Below are positions 11,482 through 20,804 of a DNA stretch of 45,962 nt, one piece after another. The notes beneath the pieces were generated by a model. That model searched no databases. It was given only the letters and a program-made list of their open reading frames with translations, and was not told the DNA's origin. Source of the DNA: Spirogloea muscicola (taxonomy: Eukaryota); the NCBI GenBank assembly GCA_009602725.1, contig WELB01000014.1, positions 515,999 to 561,960 on the forward strand, read 5' to 3'. The position numbers and the translations under genes are program-made. Numbering within the stretch: position 1 is the stretch's first letter; each line of letters starts with the position of its first letter.

Positions 11482-14400
11482 GCCGTCTGCTTCTACTGCA
11501 AGGAGGGCGGCGGCGGCGGCGGTGGAGGCGGCGGCGGTGGCGGCGCTGGCCTCGTGGTCTGCCGCCACGGGCAATGCCGGCAGCTGTACCATGCCGAGTG
11601 CCTACGGGCGACGACGGCCGACGGCCGCATCTGCCCACTGCACGCCTGCGAGGCCTGCGGCGGCCCCAACGCCGATGGCGATGGCCTCGACGCCACCGCT
11701 GGCGCCTCGTCGTCGCTGCTGCTCCGCTGCGCGCGCTGCCCCCGCGCGCTGCACGAGGCCTGCCTCGCTCGCGTGGGCGGCGCCCGGCTGCTCGCCGGCG
11801 GCGCCCAGCGCCGCTTCCTCTGCGATCGGCACGCCGCCAGAGACGAGGCCCGTGAGGTGCGCCGAGTAATCCCACATTTGCGACTGGCCGCTGTGCCAGA
11901 GCTGGGCAGCCAGTATTTAGGCAAAATCAAAGTCAGGGAGGACGTCAATTTCCCGAGCAACGGGGTTTGAACCTGTGTCCTCAGTCTGCTGTGCGGGAGC
12001 TGCTGCAGGTGGAGCGGGCGGCCATGCGGGCAGGCGACGTGGGTCTGGCGTTCAGGCAGCTGCAGGTGCCGCAGACGCCCGCAGAGTTCGAAATCCCGGC
12101 TGCGCTGCTGGTGCAGGCCGGTAGAGCCCACAAGCCGCCGGCGGAGCGCCCGCCGCCGTTCGTCCACATCAAGCGCAGTATCCTGCCCGCCTCCTGAGCC
12201 GGCTGCTGAGCCGCCAGACTCAGCTAACCTTAATAAGTAATTACCTATACATATATAATAGAATGTAATGACGTACGATGACTTGAATGGGGTTTTGCGT
12301 GTCGCCTGTGTCTTGGCAAGGCATTGTTGTGCTGTGCTCCTTGACGCGCGCCCACTTGAAGGCGAGTACGTCGCAAAGCGGCCCAAGCACAAGGGTAAGG
12401 GGGACTGCATGCCGTGCAGCTGCGCGGCGGCGGCTGAGGTGGCGAACGTGCCCAATGGAGGCGGCGGTGCTGAGCCGAGCGGGCGGTGCGACAGCGACTG
12501 CCTCTGCAGGTACTCTGCTACGCACCGTCCGTCACACCTGAAGCTTGCTCTTCCTCCACGGCGACGATGACGTCAGATGGTTGCTGCCCCTTGCCCAAGG
12601 CGACCCACTATATGATCACCTGTACCTGCTGTGAAGCTGGTAGCAAGCAAGTGGGAGGACACGAAGAGCAGCGACTTGGGGCGACGACTGTCGCAATGCA
12701 TCATCTAGCATTCGCAGCTTGACTGCCAGTCTTTAGAGCGGCTATCAAGCTTCTTGATTAGCCGCGTGAGGCACGTCGGCTTTGGTAGAGCCTGGGACTG
12801 ACGGGCAGACACTGTCCTCGACGGCAGGGTGCTGTTCACCACGTGTTCCAAGCTCTGCGCCTGCGGGCAGACGTGCGGCAACGTGCCCTTCCACAGGCGC
12901 CGCGGCCCCAAGCTCAAGCCCGTCAAGGTCTGCGCTAGCCGGCCCTCACTCGGCCAGCATTGATATCAACAATGGAGCTCTGTCGTGACGGGTTTGCGTT
13001 TCTGAAGCCTGGAAATTGCCGCAGACTGAGAAGTGCGGCTGGGGAGTACGAGCTGCCGAAGACATAAAGGAGGGGTCTTTCATAATTGAATACGTCGGTG
13101 AAGGTGGGAACACTAGCAATTCTGCCTGCCCAGCATACCATCATAAGCATGCCGGCACACCTGGGCTGCTTGATGTGCTTCTTCTGAAGCTCATGTGCAT
13201 CCACGTGAAAAGCACACGAAGCCTGACCTTTATGCAAACTCCATTGCCCCGCAACCTTCAGCCGCCCATGCCTACGCTCTACAATGTTCCTGCTTGATGG
13301 TTGACATCTATTGTATGGTCAGCATCTTGAGAGCATGCAGTCTCATATCTCCATGATGCACTTTCGCTGCAGTCATTGACGATGTGACGTGCGAGCAGAG
13401 GCTGTGGGACTTGAAGGCCCAAAAGGCGCAGGACTTCTACATGGTTGAGATCAATCGCGACACGGTTATTGATGCAACTTTTAAGGGCAACTTGTCGCGA
13501 CTCATCAACCACAGCTGCCGCCCAAATTGCGAGTTGCAAAAGTGGTGCGCTGGACCATTCATCTCTTTGTACATCAATTGCACCTGTTCCAACGTTGACG
13601 AGTATAGCCATCCTGATGAGGGTACACATCTTACAGGCACATTGATGGGGAGATGAGGATTGGCATCCATGCAACTATTGACATTTCAAAGGGCTCCACA
13701 CTGAGCTACAATTACCAGTGAGGGGATTTTGCAGTTGTTTAAGTACCTTGTGATCTGCTATTTACTCCAGGCCTTTGCTCTTGCTCAAGTCTTTCTCTGG
13801 CTATGCCCTCATGGTGGCCTTCTCAACGTGTGCACCTCCTTGTTTTTTTTTTTTTTTTTTCTTGTTAGTAGGGTGGACGGTTGTATACGTGCACAAGAGC
13901 TGGTCGATGATGAGAACCTGATGAGATGATGCGACTGTGGCTGCTTCTGCAGGTTTGTTCAGTTCGGTTCAGAGCGGATGGACTGTCACTGCGGAATGGA
14001 GGGTTGCCGGGGTATCCTGTCAGCCAAAACAAAGGTTGCTTGCCAGCTATCCTGCCATTTCTGCTATTGCTCTACTTCTACACGATAAACCTCCAACCTT
14101 TGGAGCTTAGCTCCACTTTTACCGCTTGCACTATCACAATAAATCTCCACTTTCCGGTTACTGCCTTAGCATTGGTTGCATGTATCTATATGTGCACGTG
14201 ATGTCTGGAGCGCAGAAGGACTACCAGAATGGTGTCCACCGGGAGCTCTTCCCGGCTACCAAACAGCAGCCTCCAACAGCAGAGGGCATTGCTGACAGAG
14301 GTGACATGGAAGCCCAGATCCCTGTGCAACGTCCAGTGTCATTGGGGTGAGAGCTTAGACTTACGTTATGACTGACTTTGACAAGTTGTCTGCAATTCAT

Positions 14401-15007
14401 TAAGCCTCGTGTGTTGTCCTTCGCATGGCTGAATACATCAGACGGGCAGATGCCATCCAGGAGCAAGATTCTGTCCTCAATCTCCCTGTGTGGCAAACGG
14501 GTCAGGGTGTGGTGGCCGCTTGACCAGGCGTAAGTCTGCCGAGAGTAGCTGACGAGCATGGCCTTCATCCGCTTATCGCTGATATTGACGATATTTTTGG
14601 CATTCTCTGGCAAAAGCTGACTAAGACAGCTGCACTTCCGCTTTGCCTGAATGTTGTTCTGCTGAATAGACAAAAGGCTCTGACTGGAAGTTCATATTCT
14701 AAGCTGCAGATTTTACTGCGGAAATATCCAATGCTACAATGTGGTGACCAAAAAACACACGGTGTGACTTGCGCCCCCCCACTACCAGTGATCGGCAATG
14801 AGCAGCCACATTAGGACGAGATAGACTTTATAGACAGGGGGGCTTAATTGCTCTTTGTGCAAACAGATCCTTTACGAGGATGGGACGACAGAGGAGCTGA
14901 ACCTGAGCAAGGAGGATTGGAAGTACGAGGAAGTCAGCAAGCTTGCAATTGCACGCACGAAGGTTCATCAGCCCCAGCCGCGGCTTAAGACTCTTGTTGC
15001 TTGCTGA
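11482..15007 (+). CDS. ASH1-related histone-lysine N-methyltransferase (ASHH3/ASHR3-like): tandem PHD, AWS, SET, post-SET, C-terminal Tudor-like; 5' end probably in the gap
   Basis: CFYC..VCRHGQCRQLYHAEC..CPLHACEAC..CARCPRALHEAC..CDRH; PPFVHIKRSEYV; TEKCGWGV..GSFIIEYVGEVIDDVTCEQRLW..IDATFKGNLSRLINHSCRPNCELQKW|HIDGEMRIGIHA..TLSYNYQ|FVQFG..CHCG..CRG; GKRVRVWWPLDQ|FYCG..KKHT|ILYEDGTTEELNLSKEDW. Confidence 0.92.
12178..12361 (+). other. Putative U12-type (minor spliceosome) GT-AG intron
   Basis: Donor GTATCCTG, branch motif TCCTTGAC at 12338-12345, and AG 17 nt after the branch A with no polypyrimidine tract. Splicing restores HIKRSEYV. Confidence 0.8.
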
Positions 15008-15869
15008 GCACTGGGCCAGCACCCTGCAATTGTTAAATGATTATCCTCCCTGCACATCTGGATGTCCTGGCCCTGCTCATGCAGATAATGGGCTCACGGG
15101 CTCATGCACAGCATCGTCTAAGTCTGATACATCAATCAAGCTTGCATTACATGCAGAGGGCGGGCAGGAGGCAAGCATGCGAGTTGTTGGGCAGCCGTAT
15201 TAACATCTGGAACACTGAACTACACAGGTATGAACGCAGGCTGCAAGCAGTAGTACGAACTCTTTTGCCGTATTGCTTATGATTGATGCCCTTGTCCATA
15301 TCGACTCCTCTCTGCACGATGGCAGGACACTAATGAGTGCACATGTGTTGTCAGATACTTGACTGCTGAAGTGAAGGACTTCGAGTTCGCAAAGCATTAT
15401 CAGGTCTGTGAGCATTCCCACACCATTAGAGATCTCGCAGAAGTCTCACCTGCATGTTGCACATCATTAAGTGCGCTGACAGCACGCCTCTGAGCAAGGG
15501 CACGGATGACCTTGGCAGGTGGTGTACGACAATGGATTGATTGCCAATATTGACCTTGCCAAGGAACGGTGGCAGCATGCAGCTGATTAAGGTTCTCTGT
15601 AAACACATGACTCCCTCTTCTGCGATGAGGATCGCTGGGCGGTAAGAGTATGGCTCCTCCGAGCATGTCATATGGATCCCTGAGCTGGCCATGATAGTGG
15701 CACAAAGACCCACCAAGTTGTCAGCTCAAGGCAAGCAGAGCTCGTATGCAGAGCCCATGAGCCTGCCGAACAAAGGCGTTGCAGATCCGAGGCAAGCTGG
15801 GTCAGGGCAAAGACCATATGTAGCAGAATCTCTCTGAGTTGGCCTCACTGAACATGTTTGGCAAAGGTG

Positions 15870-16085
15870 TCGATGAGGCCAGCCCAGAGACAAGAAAAGA
15901 TGGGGGCAAGGGCTGTGAGTGCTGGACAAGAAAGTGGCTCTACAAAAGGAGATGTAATGTGTGTTAAGTGATGGAGGGCCTGTGTGGCCAAGTAAAAAGG
16001 CAAGCACATTGACAAGTGTACGTCACCTGCTGCTAAACCGACCCGCTCAGTAACCACGAGTCAGCACATACAGGTCGCTAATTTG
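15870..16085 (-). mobile_element. Degenerate 3' end of a related RLE retrotransposon lineage
   Basis: Minus strand about 16085-16047 encodes ISDLYVLTRGY*, homologous to ISDLRLLSRGY*. Fragments of the lineage-B 3' UTR lie at 15878-15940. Confidence 0.7.
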
Positions 16086-16242
16086 ATGCCTCAAAGGGAG
16101 CAAGGGCGTGAAACAGCCAGTCCGAACAGATTGACAAGGTCCGAAGGGGCTAAACAGCGCTTTCCCGACGCTTTAGGAGAATCACTCCTTCAGCGACCTG
16201 GGAGCTGGGCTTCGGGAGGGAAGCAGCAAGTACTCTGTCCTG
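16086..16242 (-). mobile_element. Degenerate 3' UTR of a related RLE retrotransposon copy
   Basis: Reverse complement GCCCCTTCGGACCTTGTCAATCTGTTCGGACTGGCTGTTTCACGCCCTTGCTCCC aligns with the lineage-B 3' UTRs at 8845-8900 and 20670-20730. Confidence 0.65.
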
Positions 16243-16394
16243 CCCCGTGGGCCACAGGCTATCGCATGCGTTTGGCAGTCACCCTTCAGCAGTCCATGGC
16301 ACACGCCTCGCATCTGCGTGCTGGCCGGGCTCTCGCTGCAGCCTCTGGCTTTTGTCAGGGGGATTGTTTTCCGGCAGCTGGTCCGTCGGATTTG

Positions 16395-16456
16395 TTCATT
16401 CTTTTTTGGGCTGGCTTGTCCAGCCCCTATCCTCAATGGGCGAGCCCTTCCTTCTT
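16395..16456 (+). mobile_element. 62-bp 3'-terminal fragment of lineage A retrotransposon
   Basis: Identical over 55 bp to the reverse complement of 20806-20860. Flanked by TSD GATTTG at 16389-16394 and 16457-16462. Removing it restores alignment with 8740-8775. Confidence 0.92.
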
Positions 16457-16530
16457 GATTTGGGGCTCCTCACTCGTAGCTACTGAGTGGTCCATCCTCC
16501 ACCCGTTCTGCCATAGCGCTTTTAGGAGAA

Positions 16531-19500
16531 GAAAGTGCTCGCCCATTGAGAATAGGGGCTGGAACAACCAGCCCGAAAAAGAATGAACAGAGTACGAGAA
16601 GGGGGCCAGGGGAAGCGCTAAGTAACAGAAACAAAGCTGCTACGAGACACTCAGTAACCCCTGCTAAGCAGCCGCAGATCAGAGATGCTGGGCTCCTGGA
16701 AGTGGGTCCCCTGGCCAGAGCCAGAGGCAGCAGCGAGGGCTCTGCCGGCACGAAGGTGCAGCGCCCGGGCCATGGACCTCTGCAGCGAGACGGCCAGGCG
16801 CATTCGATACACTTGCGCCAGCGACCCGGCTGCAGGGAAGTCAACCGGCTCCCCATGGAAGCGCCGGGCGATGGTGTGGCGGGCGAGCTGGGTGAGCAGC
16901 TCGAGCCACCGAGCGCCCAGCGCCCCATGTGTGTCGATGGCCAACGGGAAGAACTCGTCTTCCCGCGGATGATCCGCGTACTTCAGCTCTTTGGCCCGAG
17001 CAGCGCAGGCGACCGCATACCCAGCCGTGGTGGCACATTTGGCTGGGTGTGAGCGGTCATAGGCATCAGTAGTCACCACGTCCAGGAGAAGACGTGGCCC
17101 GCCGGCCTGTCGGGTGGCCACCAGGTCTACACGCCTGGCATGGAGACCGTCGGCCCTGTGCTGGATTGGCATGATTCCGGAGTGCTCTGCTGCCACGGAG
17201 AAACCAGCCTCCAACAGGATGCCATGCATTACGTCGCGGAGGCGGTCGTGGGCCGCTGTCCGCTCTCCGCCGTGGGAACAGCGCAGAACATGAGCAGCCA
17301 GCTCTCCAGGCTCGGTCCCGCGCTCGCCACACTCACATTGACGCACACCCTGGAGACATGGCGGCAGTAGGCCCAGGAGCCGGTGGACGGCACTTCGGAA
17401 TACCTCGTCCGGGAGGGTGAGGGCGTCGTAGAGGGGGAGGGCCTGGAGCCACGCCGCAGCCCCCGGGGAAGAGGCCGAGTGGAGTCTCGCGCGCCCGCGC
17501 AAGTCGGCCTCGGGGAGCTGGAGCACGGCGGTGGTGTAGGCGGCCTTGTCGACCACTGCCGCGATGCGCGCTTGGACGCGCAAGTCGGCGGTGTGCGCGA
17601 GGTGCGCAAAGGATACCGCCTGGCCGGCCAGGTCCGGGTGCGCCGCGAGCAGCTCCTGGTGGGCGGAGCGAAGCGACACCTGGAACGGCAGCGGGCCCAT
17701 GTCGACCTCCGCCACCGCCTGCTCCAGTGCCCGCCGGCCGTGGACCAAGAAGCGCTGGGCCACGGAGGCGGCAGTCTGCGCCCAGCTGCCGAGGTATGCC
17801 GCCCGGCAAGAACGAGCGAGCGGGCGCAGGCCGAGACCACCGTGGCTGAGGGGTAGCGCCGCCTGGTGGATAGCTGCTGGCGACTGGAGGAAGCCCTGGT
17901 GGCGGACCAGGGCCGCCAAGCTCGCCACCATGCTTGCATCGAAATCTGCATACGCTGCCAACGCCCCAGGGGACGGCGGAGTGGCCCGCGTCAGGTACTG
18001 GGGCCGCTGCCCAATGGCCCTGGTCAACATGGCCAGCGATAGTTGCATGTCGTCCAGCTCGGGAAGCCGGGCCGCAGGCTGAAGGTGCTCCGCCAGGCGG
18101 GCTCGCAGCTGCCCCTCCACGAAGGACGGCGCGCCGATGGGGACCCCCAGCAGGGTGAAGCCATCTGCTGGAGTTTGGCAGCCGGTGGGCAGCGTCAGGT
18201 TGGGTGGGAGGCCGCTGGGAGACCAGGCCGCGCACTTTGACGCCCGGGTGGACAGGCCGAGGGTGGCCAGCTGCAGCTCAAGGGTGATGAAGGCCGCCGC
18301 CACGTCTTCCGGAGGGCCGACGATGGTGGTGTCGTCCGCGAAGGAGGGGAGTAGGACTCCTGGGTGTGCCGCGGCGGTTGCCTGCAGGGCCCGGTGGTGA
18401 GCGAGCGCAAAGTAGAAGCCGGCGAGGGGGTCTCCTTGCCGCGTGCCCGCTTGGGACTGCAGGACCTCCACTTGATCTCCCCCTGTCCGCCAGAGGAGGT
18501 CGCTGGGCTGACCGTACCCCAAGCGGAAAAAGGGTACCAGGGAGGGGAAGGATGCCCGGAGCTCCTCCGCAATGCTGGCGCGCTCCACAGTGTTGAAGGC
18601 ATTCTTCACGTCAACGGCCAGCACCAGCCACCCCGGGTGCTGGTCCAAGGTCGCACGAACCCCATGGACGACGGCCTCGCCCCCACTCCGCAGCCCCGCG
18701 CCGTACTGGTGTGGCGCCATGTGCACCTGCGCCGGCCCCGCATGCTGCTGCCAGAGTACGCGGCTCACCAGGCGGTACAGGACCTCCCCAATGGCAATGG
18801 GCCTGACTCCCCCGCTCGGCTTGTCGAGGGCGAGCAGCGTGCTGGTGCACAGTACGCCGCGGATGCTGGCCGGCACATTGTCGCGGGCCATATGCTGGCA
18901 GATCTGCAGCAGCGCGTTGAAGTCTGTTGCCTCACCCTCAAGGAAGATCTCCCGCAGGTGCTCAGTTAGCATGCGGGAGGGGCCGCCGGCGGCTGCGCGA
19001 CGGCTGGTCTGGAGAGCCTTCATGAGGGCGTCGGCGTCCAAGACCACCTCCTCCGGCGGGGCGAACGCGGCCAACCACGGTGGCAGGGGGGAGCTGGACG
19101 GGGGGTGGAGGGAGTCCAGAGCCGCCCGGGTTGCCGCATTGGTCGGCGCCAGCATCGCATCGTCCAGGGCCTGCACAGCCCGGGAGAGCTCGCCCGCGTG
19201 GCCGTAGCGAAGAGCCCTGCGGACGCTGGCGGCCCGGTCGTGTGTTGCCCCTCGACCACCACGGTTGGCTTCGGATGCCGCCACGGCTGCGTCGTGCCTC
19301 GCCAGGAGCTCCTCCCAGTGCCCGCTCTCGAACAACTGGACGCGTTCCAAGAGGGGCTGCTGGCCCTGCTTGCGGCTGTCGAGAGAGACCCGCCCGAGCA
19401 ACAGCCGGGGGAAGAGGATGAACAGCTTCCACGCCGCCTCGTCTCTGTGGTCCGCGACGATCCGCTGTGTCACCGGGCGGAGCGCGCGGCGGAGGTGTGG

Positions 19501-20643
19501 GCGTGCCCAGCGTGGAACATGGCGTAGGAGCGGCAGGGCCGCCTGGCGGTGAACTGCGGCCAGGTCAAGGTCGGCCAGCCACTGCCAGTGGTGAGGCGTG
19601 GGCGGGGACGGCGCGGGAGGCCTGCCTGGTCTGCCCCGACGACCACCCGCCGCCGCTGCGCTCCGCGCCTGCTCCGCACGGTTGATGTTGCCCGCGCAAG
19701 TTCGCTGGTGGTTGGACCGGCCGGACCGCGTGGTGAAGGTCCTCTGGCAAAGCTGGCACCGAGGCGGGTCGGGCGAGGGAGGAGAGGGCGACGGCGGTGG
19801 AGCCGGCTCGCTCGGCGGGGGTGGAGGCGGCGGAGATGGGGGGGGCGTCGATGGCGCCGACTGTGGAAGGCTGGGCGGCTCGAGAGGCGGGATGGCGGAT
19901 GATCGGGAAGGCGGCGTCGGAGGAGGTGGGGGCGGTGGGGACGTCGGCGGCTGTGGTGACGACGGCTCGGCGGGCGGTAGCGGCTGCCGCACCACTGTCG
20001 CCGGAGAAGCACACTCAGGGGCGTCAGGGCCGAGCACATGGGACATGGTACCCTGAGGATGGAGGAGCGTGGTCACCTCGTGGGTCCCCTCGCTTCTCAG
20101 GGGTGGAGGCGATAACGTTGGTGCCCGACACTTCTCTCGGGCGGGAGGCGATAGAGTAGTGGCCTCCGTGGAATGCTCCGTGGAATGCTCCGTGGAATGC
20201 TCCGCCCGAGTGGATGCCAGGGCCTGGACGATGGGGCTGCAAGCCGCGACGGCCGCTGCGGGCGGCGGGCCGGTGGGGCTGGCATGCCCCTTGCAGTGTC
20301 GCCGATGCACAGAGACACCATGGGGAGTTGCGAAATCCCGCGGGCAGGTGGGGCACGGCGCGCGCGGGGGCTTCGCAGGCGAGGGTGGCGACGGCGGAAG
20401 AAGGGGGGGCTGCGGCGGAGGTGGCGTGGTGGCGGCATGGAAGGCGGCGAGGGTGAGAAACCGCTGCGCCCACGCGAACTTGGCCGGGGGAAGTTCGGGA
20501 CTCCGGCTCCGAGGGCGGCGCCGAGAGCTGCACGCCGCCGCGGACCCCATGGCGGGCGCCGCCGGCGACGGCGCCGGCGGCGGCCCGGGGTTTAAGAGGG
20601 GTGGCGGCGGCGGCGGCGGCGCCCGCGACCAGATGGATCAAAA
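16531..20643 (-). mobile_element. Full-length RLE non-LTR retrotransposon (probably CRE-clade-like), lineage A
   Basis: About 93-nt 5' UTR, a single intact ORF, and about 120-nt 3' UTR with terminal hairpin. Candidate TSD GAGAA at 16526-16530 and 20644-20648. Both flanks belong to one interrupted lineage-B 3' UTR. Confidence 0.93.
16651..20550 (-). CDS. 1299-aa retrotransposon polyprotein: two N-terminal zinc fingers, reverse transcriptase, CCHC knuckle, restriction-like endonuclease
   Basis: Zinc fingers CPTCPRDFATPHGVSVHRRHC and CQLCQRTFTTRSGRSNHQRTC. RT motifs KPSGGVRPIAIGE, QYG, VDVKNAFN, GTRQGDPL, FADD, LLGVPIG and LPLSHGGLG. Knuckle CECG..HVLRC, then HDRLRD. RLE motifs RVDLV..LLDV..KELKY..PLAIDTHG. 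No stops or introns. Confidence 0.97.
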   Translation of the reverse strand: MGSAAACSSRRRPRSRSPELPPAKFAWAQRFLTLAAFHAATTPPPPQPPLLPPSPPSPAKPPRAPCPTCPRDFATPHGVSVHRRHCKGHASPTGPPPAAAVAACSPIVQALASTRAEHSTEHSTEHSTEATTLSPPAREKCRAPTLSPPPLRSEGTHEVTTLLHPQGTMSHVLGPDAPECASPATVVRQPLPPAEPSSPQPPTSPPPPPPPTPPSRSSAIPPLEPPSLPQSAPSTPPPSPPPPPPPSEPAPPPSPSPPSPDPPRCQLCQRTFTTRSGRSNHQRTCAGNINRAEQARSAAAAGGRRGRPGRPPAPSPPTPHHWQWLADLDLAAVHRQAALPLLRHVPRWARPHLRRALRPVTQRIVADHRDEAAWKLFILFPRLLLGRVSLDSRKQGQQPLLERVQLFESGHWEELLARHDAAVAASEANRGGRGATHDRAASVRRALRYGHAGELSRAVQALDDAMLAPTNAATRAALDSLHPPSSSPLPPWLAAFAPPEEVVLDADALMKALQTSRRAAAGGPSRMLTEHLREIFLEGEATDFNALLQICQHMARDNVPASIRGVLCTSTLLALDKPSGGVRPIAIGEVLYRLVSRVLWQQHAGPAQVHMAPHQYGAGLRSGGEAVVHGVRATLDQHPGWLVLAVDVKNAFNTVERASIAEELRASFPSLVPFFRLGYGQPSDLLWRTGGDQVEVLQSQAGTRQGDPLAGFYFALAHHRALQATAAAHPGVLLPSFADDTTIVGPPEDVAAAFITLELQLATLGLSTRASKCAAWSPSGLPPNLTLPTGCQTPADGFTLLGVPIGAPSFVEGQLRARLAEHLQPAARLPELDDMQLSLAMLTRAIGQRPQYLTRATPPSPGALAAYADFDASMVASLAALVRHQGFLQSPAAIHQAALPLSHGGLGLRPLARSCRAAYLGSWAQTAASVAQRFLVHGRRALEQAVAEVDMGPLPFQVSLRSAHQELLAAHPDLAGQAVSFAHLAHTADLRVQARIAAVVDKAAYTTAVLQLPEADLRGRARLHSASSPGAAAWLQALPLYDALTLPDEVFRSAVHRLLGLLPPCLQGVRQCECGERGTEPGELAAHVLRCSHGGERTAAHDRLRDVMHGILLEAGFSVAAEHSGIMPIQHRADGLHARRVDLVATRQAGGPRLLLDVVTTDAYDRSHPAKCATTAGYAVACAARAKELKYADHPREDEFFPLAIDTHGALGARWLELLTQLARHTIARRFHGEPVDFPAAGSLAQVYRMRLAVSLQRSMARALHLRAGRALAAASGSGQGTHFQEPSISDLRLLSRGY

Positions 20644-20804
20644 GAGAATCTGAGGCCCCTCCGTCATTTGGCCCCTTCGAGACCTTTTTTGACAACTCCT
20701 TTCGGGCTGGGTTTTCACAGCCCTTGCCCCCAATGGGAGAGCCACTTCTTCCCCGTGTCGTAGAAATTGCAAGATACGGAGCCAAGAATCGTTACAAATA
20801 AAAG

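Larger units (their letters stand above)
16250..20750 (+). mobile_element. Short 5'-truncated lineage-B copy (16250-16530 plus 20649-20750), split by two later insertions
   Basis: Encodes YRMRLAVTLQQSMAHASHLRAGRALAAASG...SDLGLLTRSY*. Its 3' UTR resumes at 20649 and ends GCCACTTCTT. Flanked by perfect TSD CCCCGTG at 16243-16249 and 20751-20757. Confidence 0.88.

Noticed and set aside
10207..11875. Long ORFs of 413-471 aa in the ORF track (also 42153-43169)
   Set aside because: Artefacts of reading through N gaps.
13605..13640. CTGATGAG hammerhead-like core in a SET-gene intron
   Set aside because: No matching GAAA or flanking stems.
13860..13950. Apparent deletion of the SET C-terminal motif (RVDG fragment after poly-T)
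   Set aside because: The true exon is at 13637-13718 (HIDGEMRIGIHA..TLSYNYQ) and splices in phase, so the SET domain is complete.
16531..16600. HDV-like or hammerhead ribozyme in the element ends
   Set aside because: I could not fit the nested double-pseudoknot topology or a CUGANGA/GAAA core by eye. A covariance-model search would be needed to exclude it fully.
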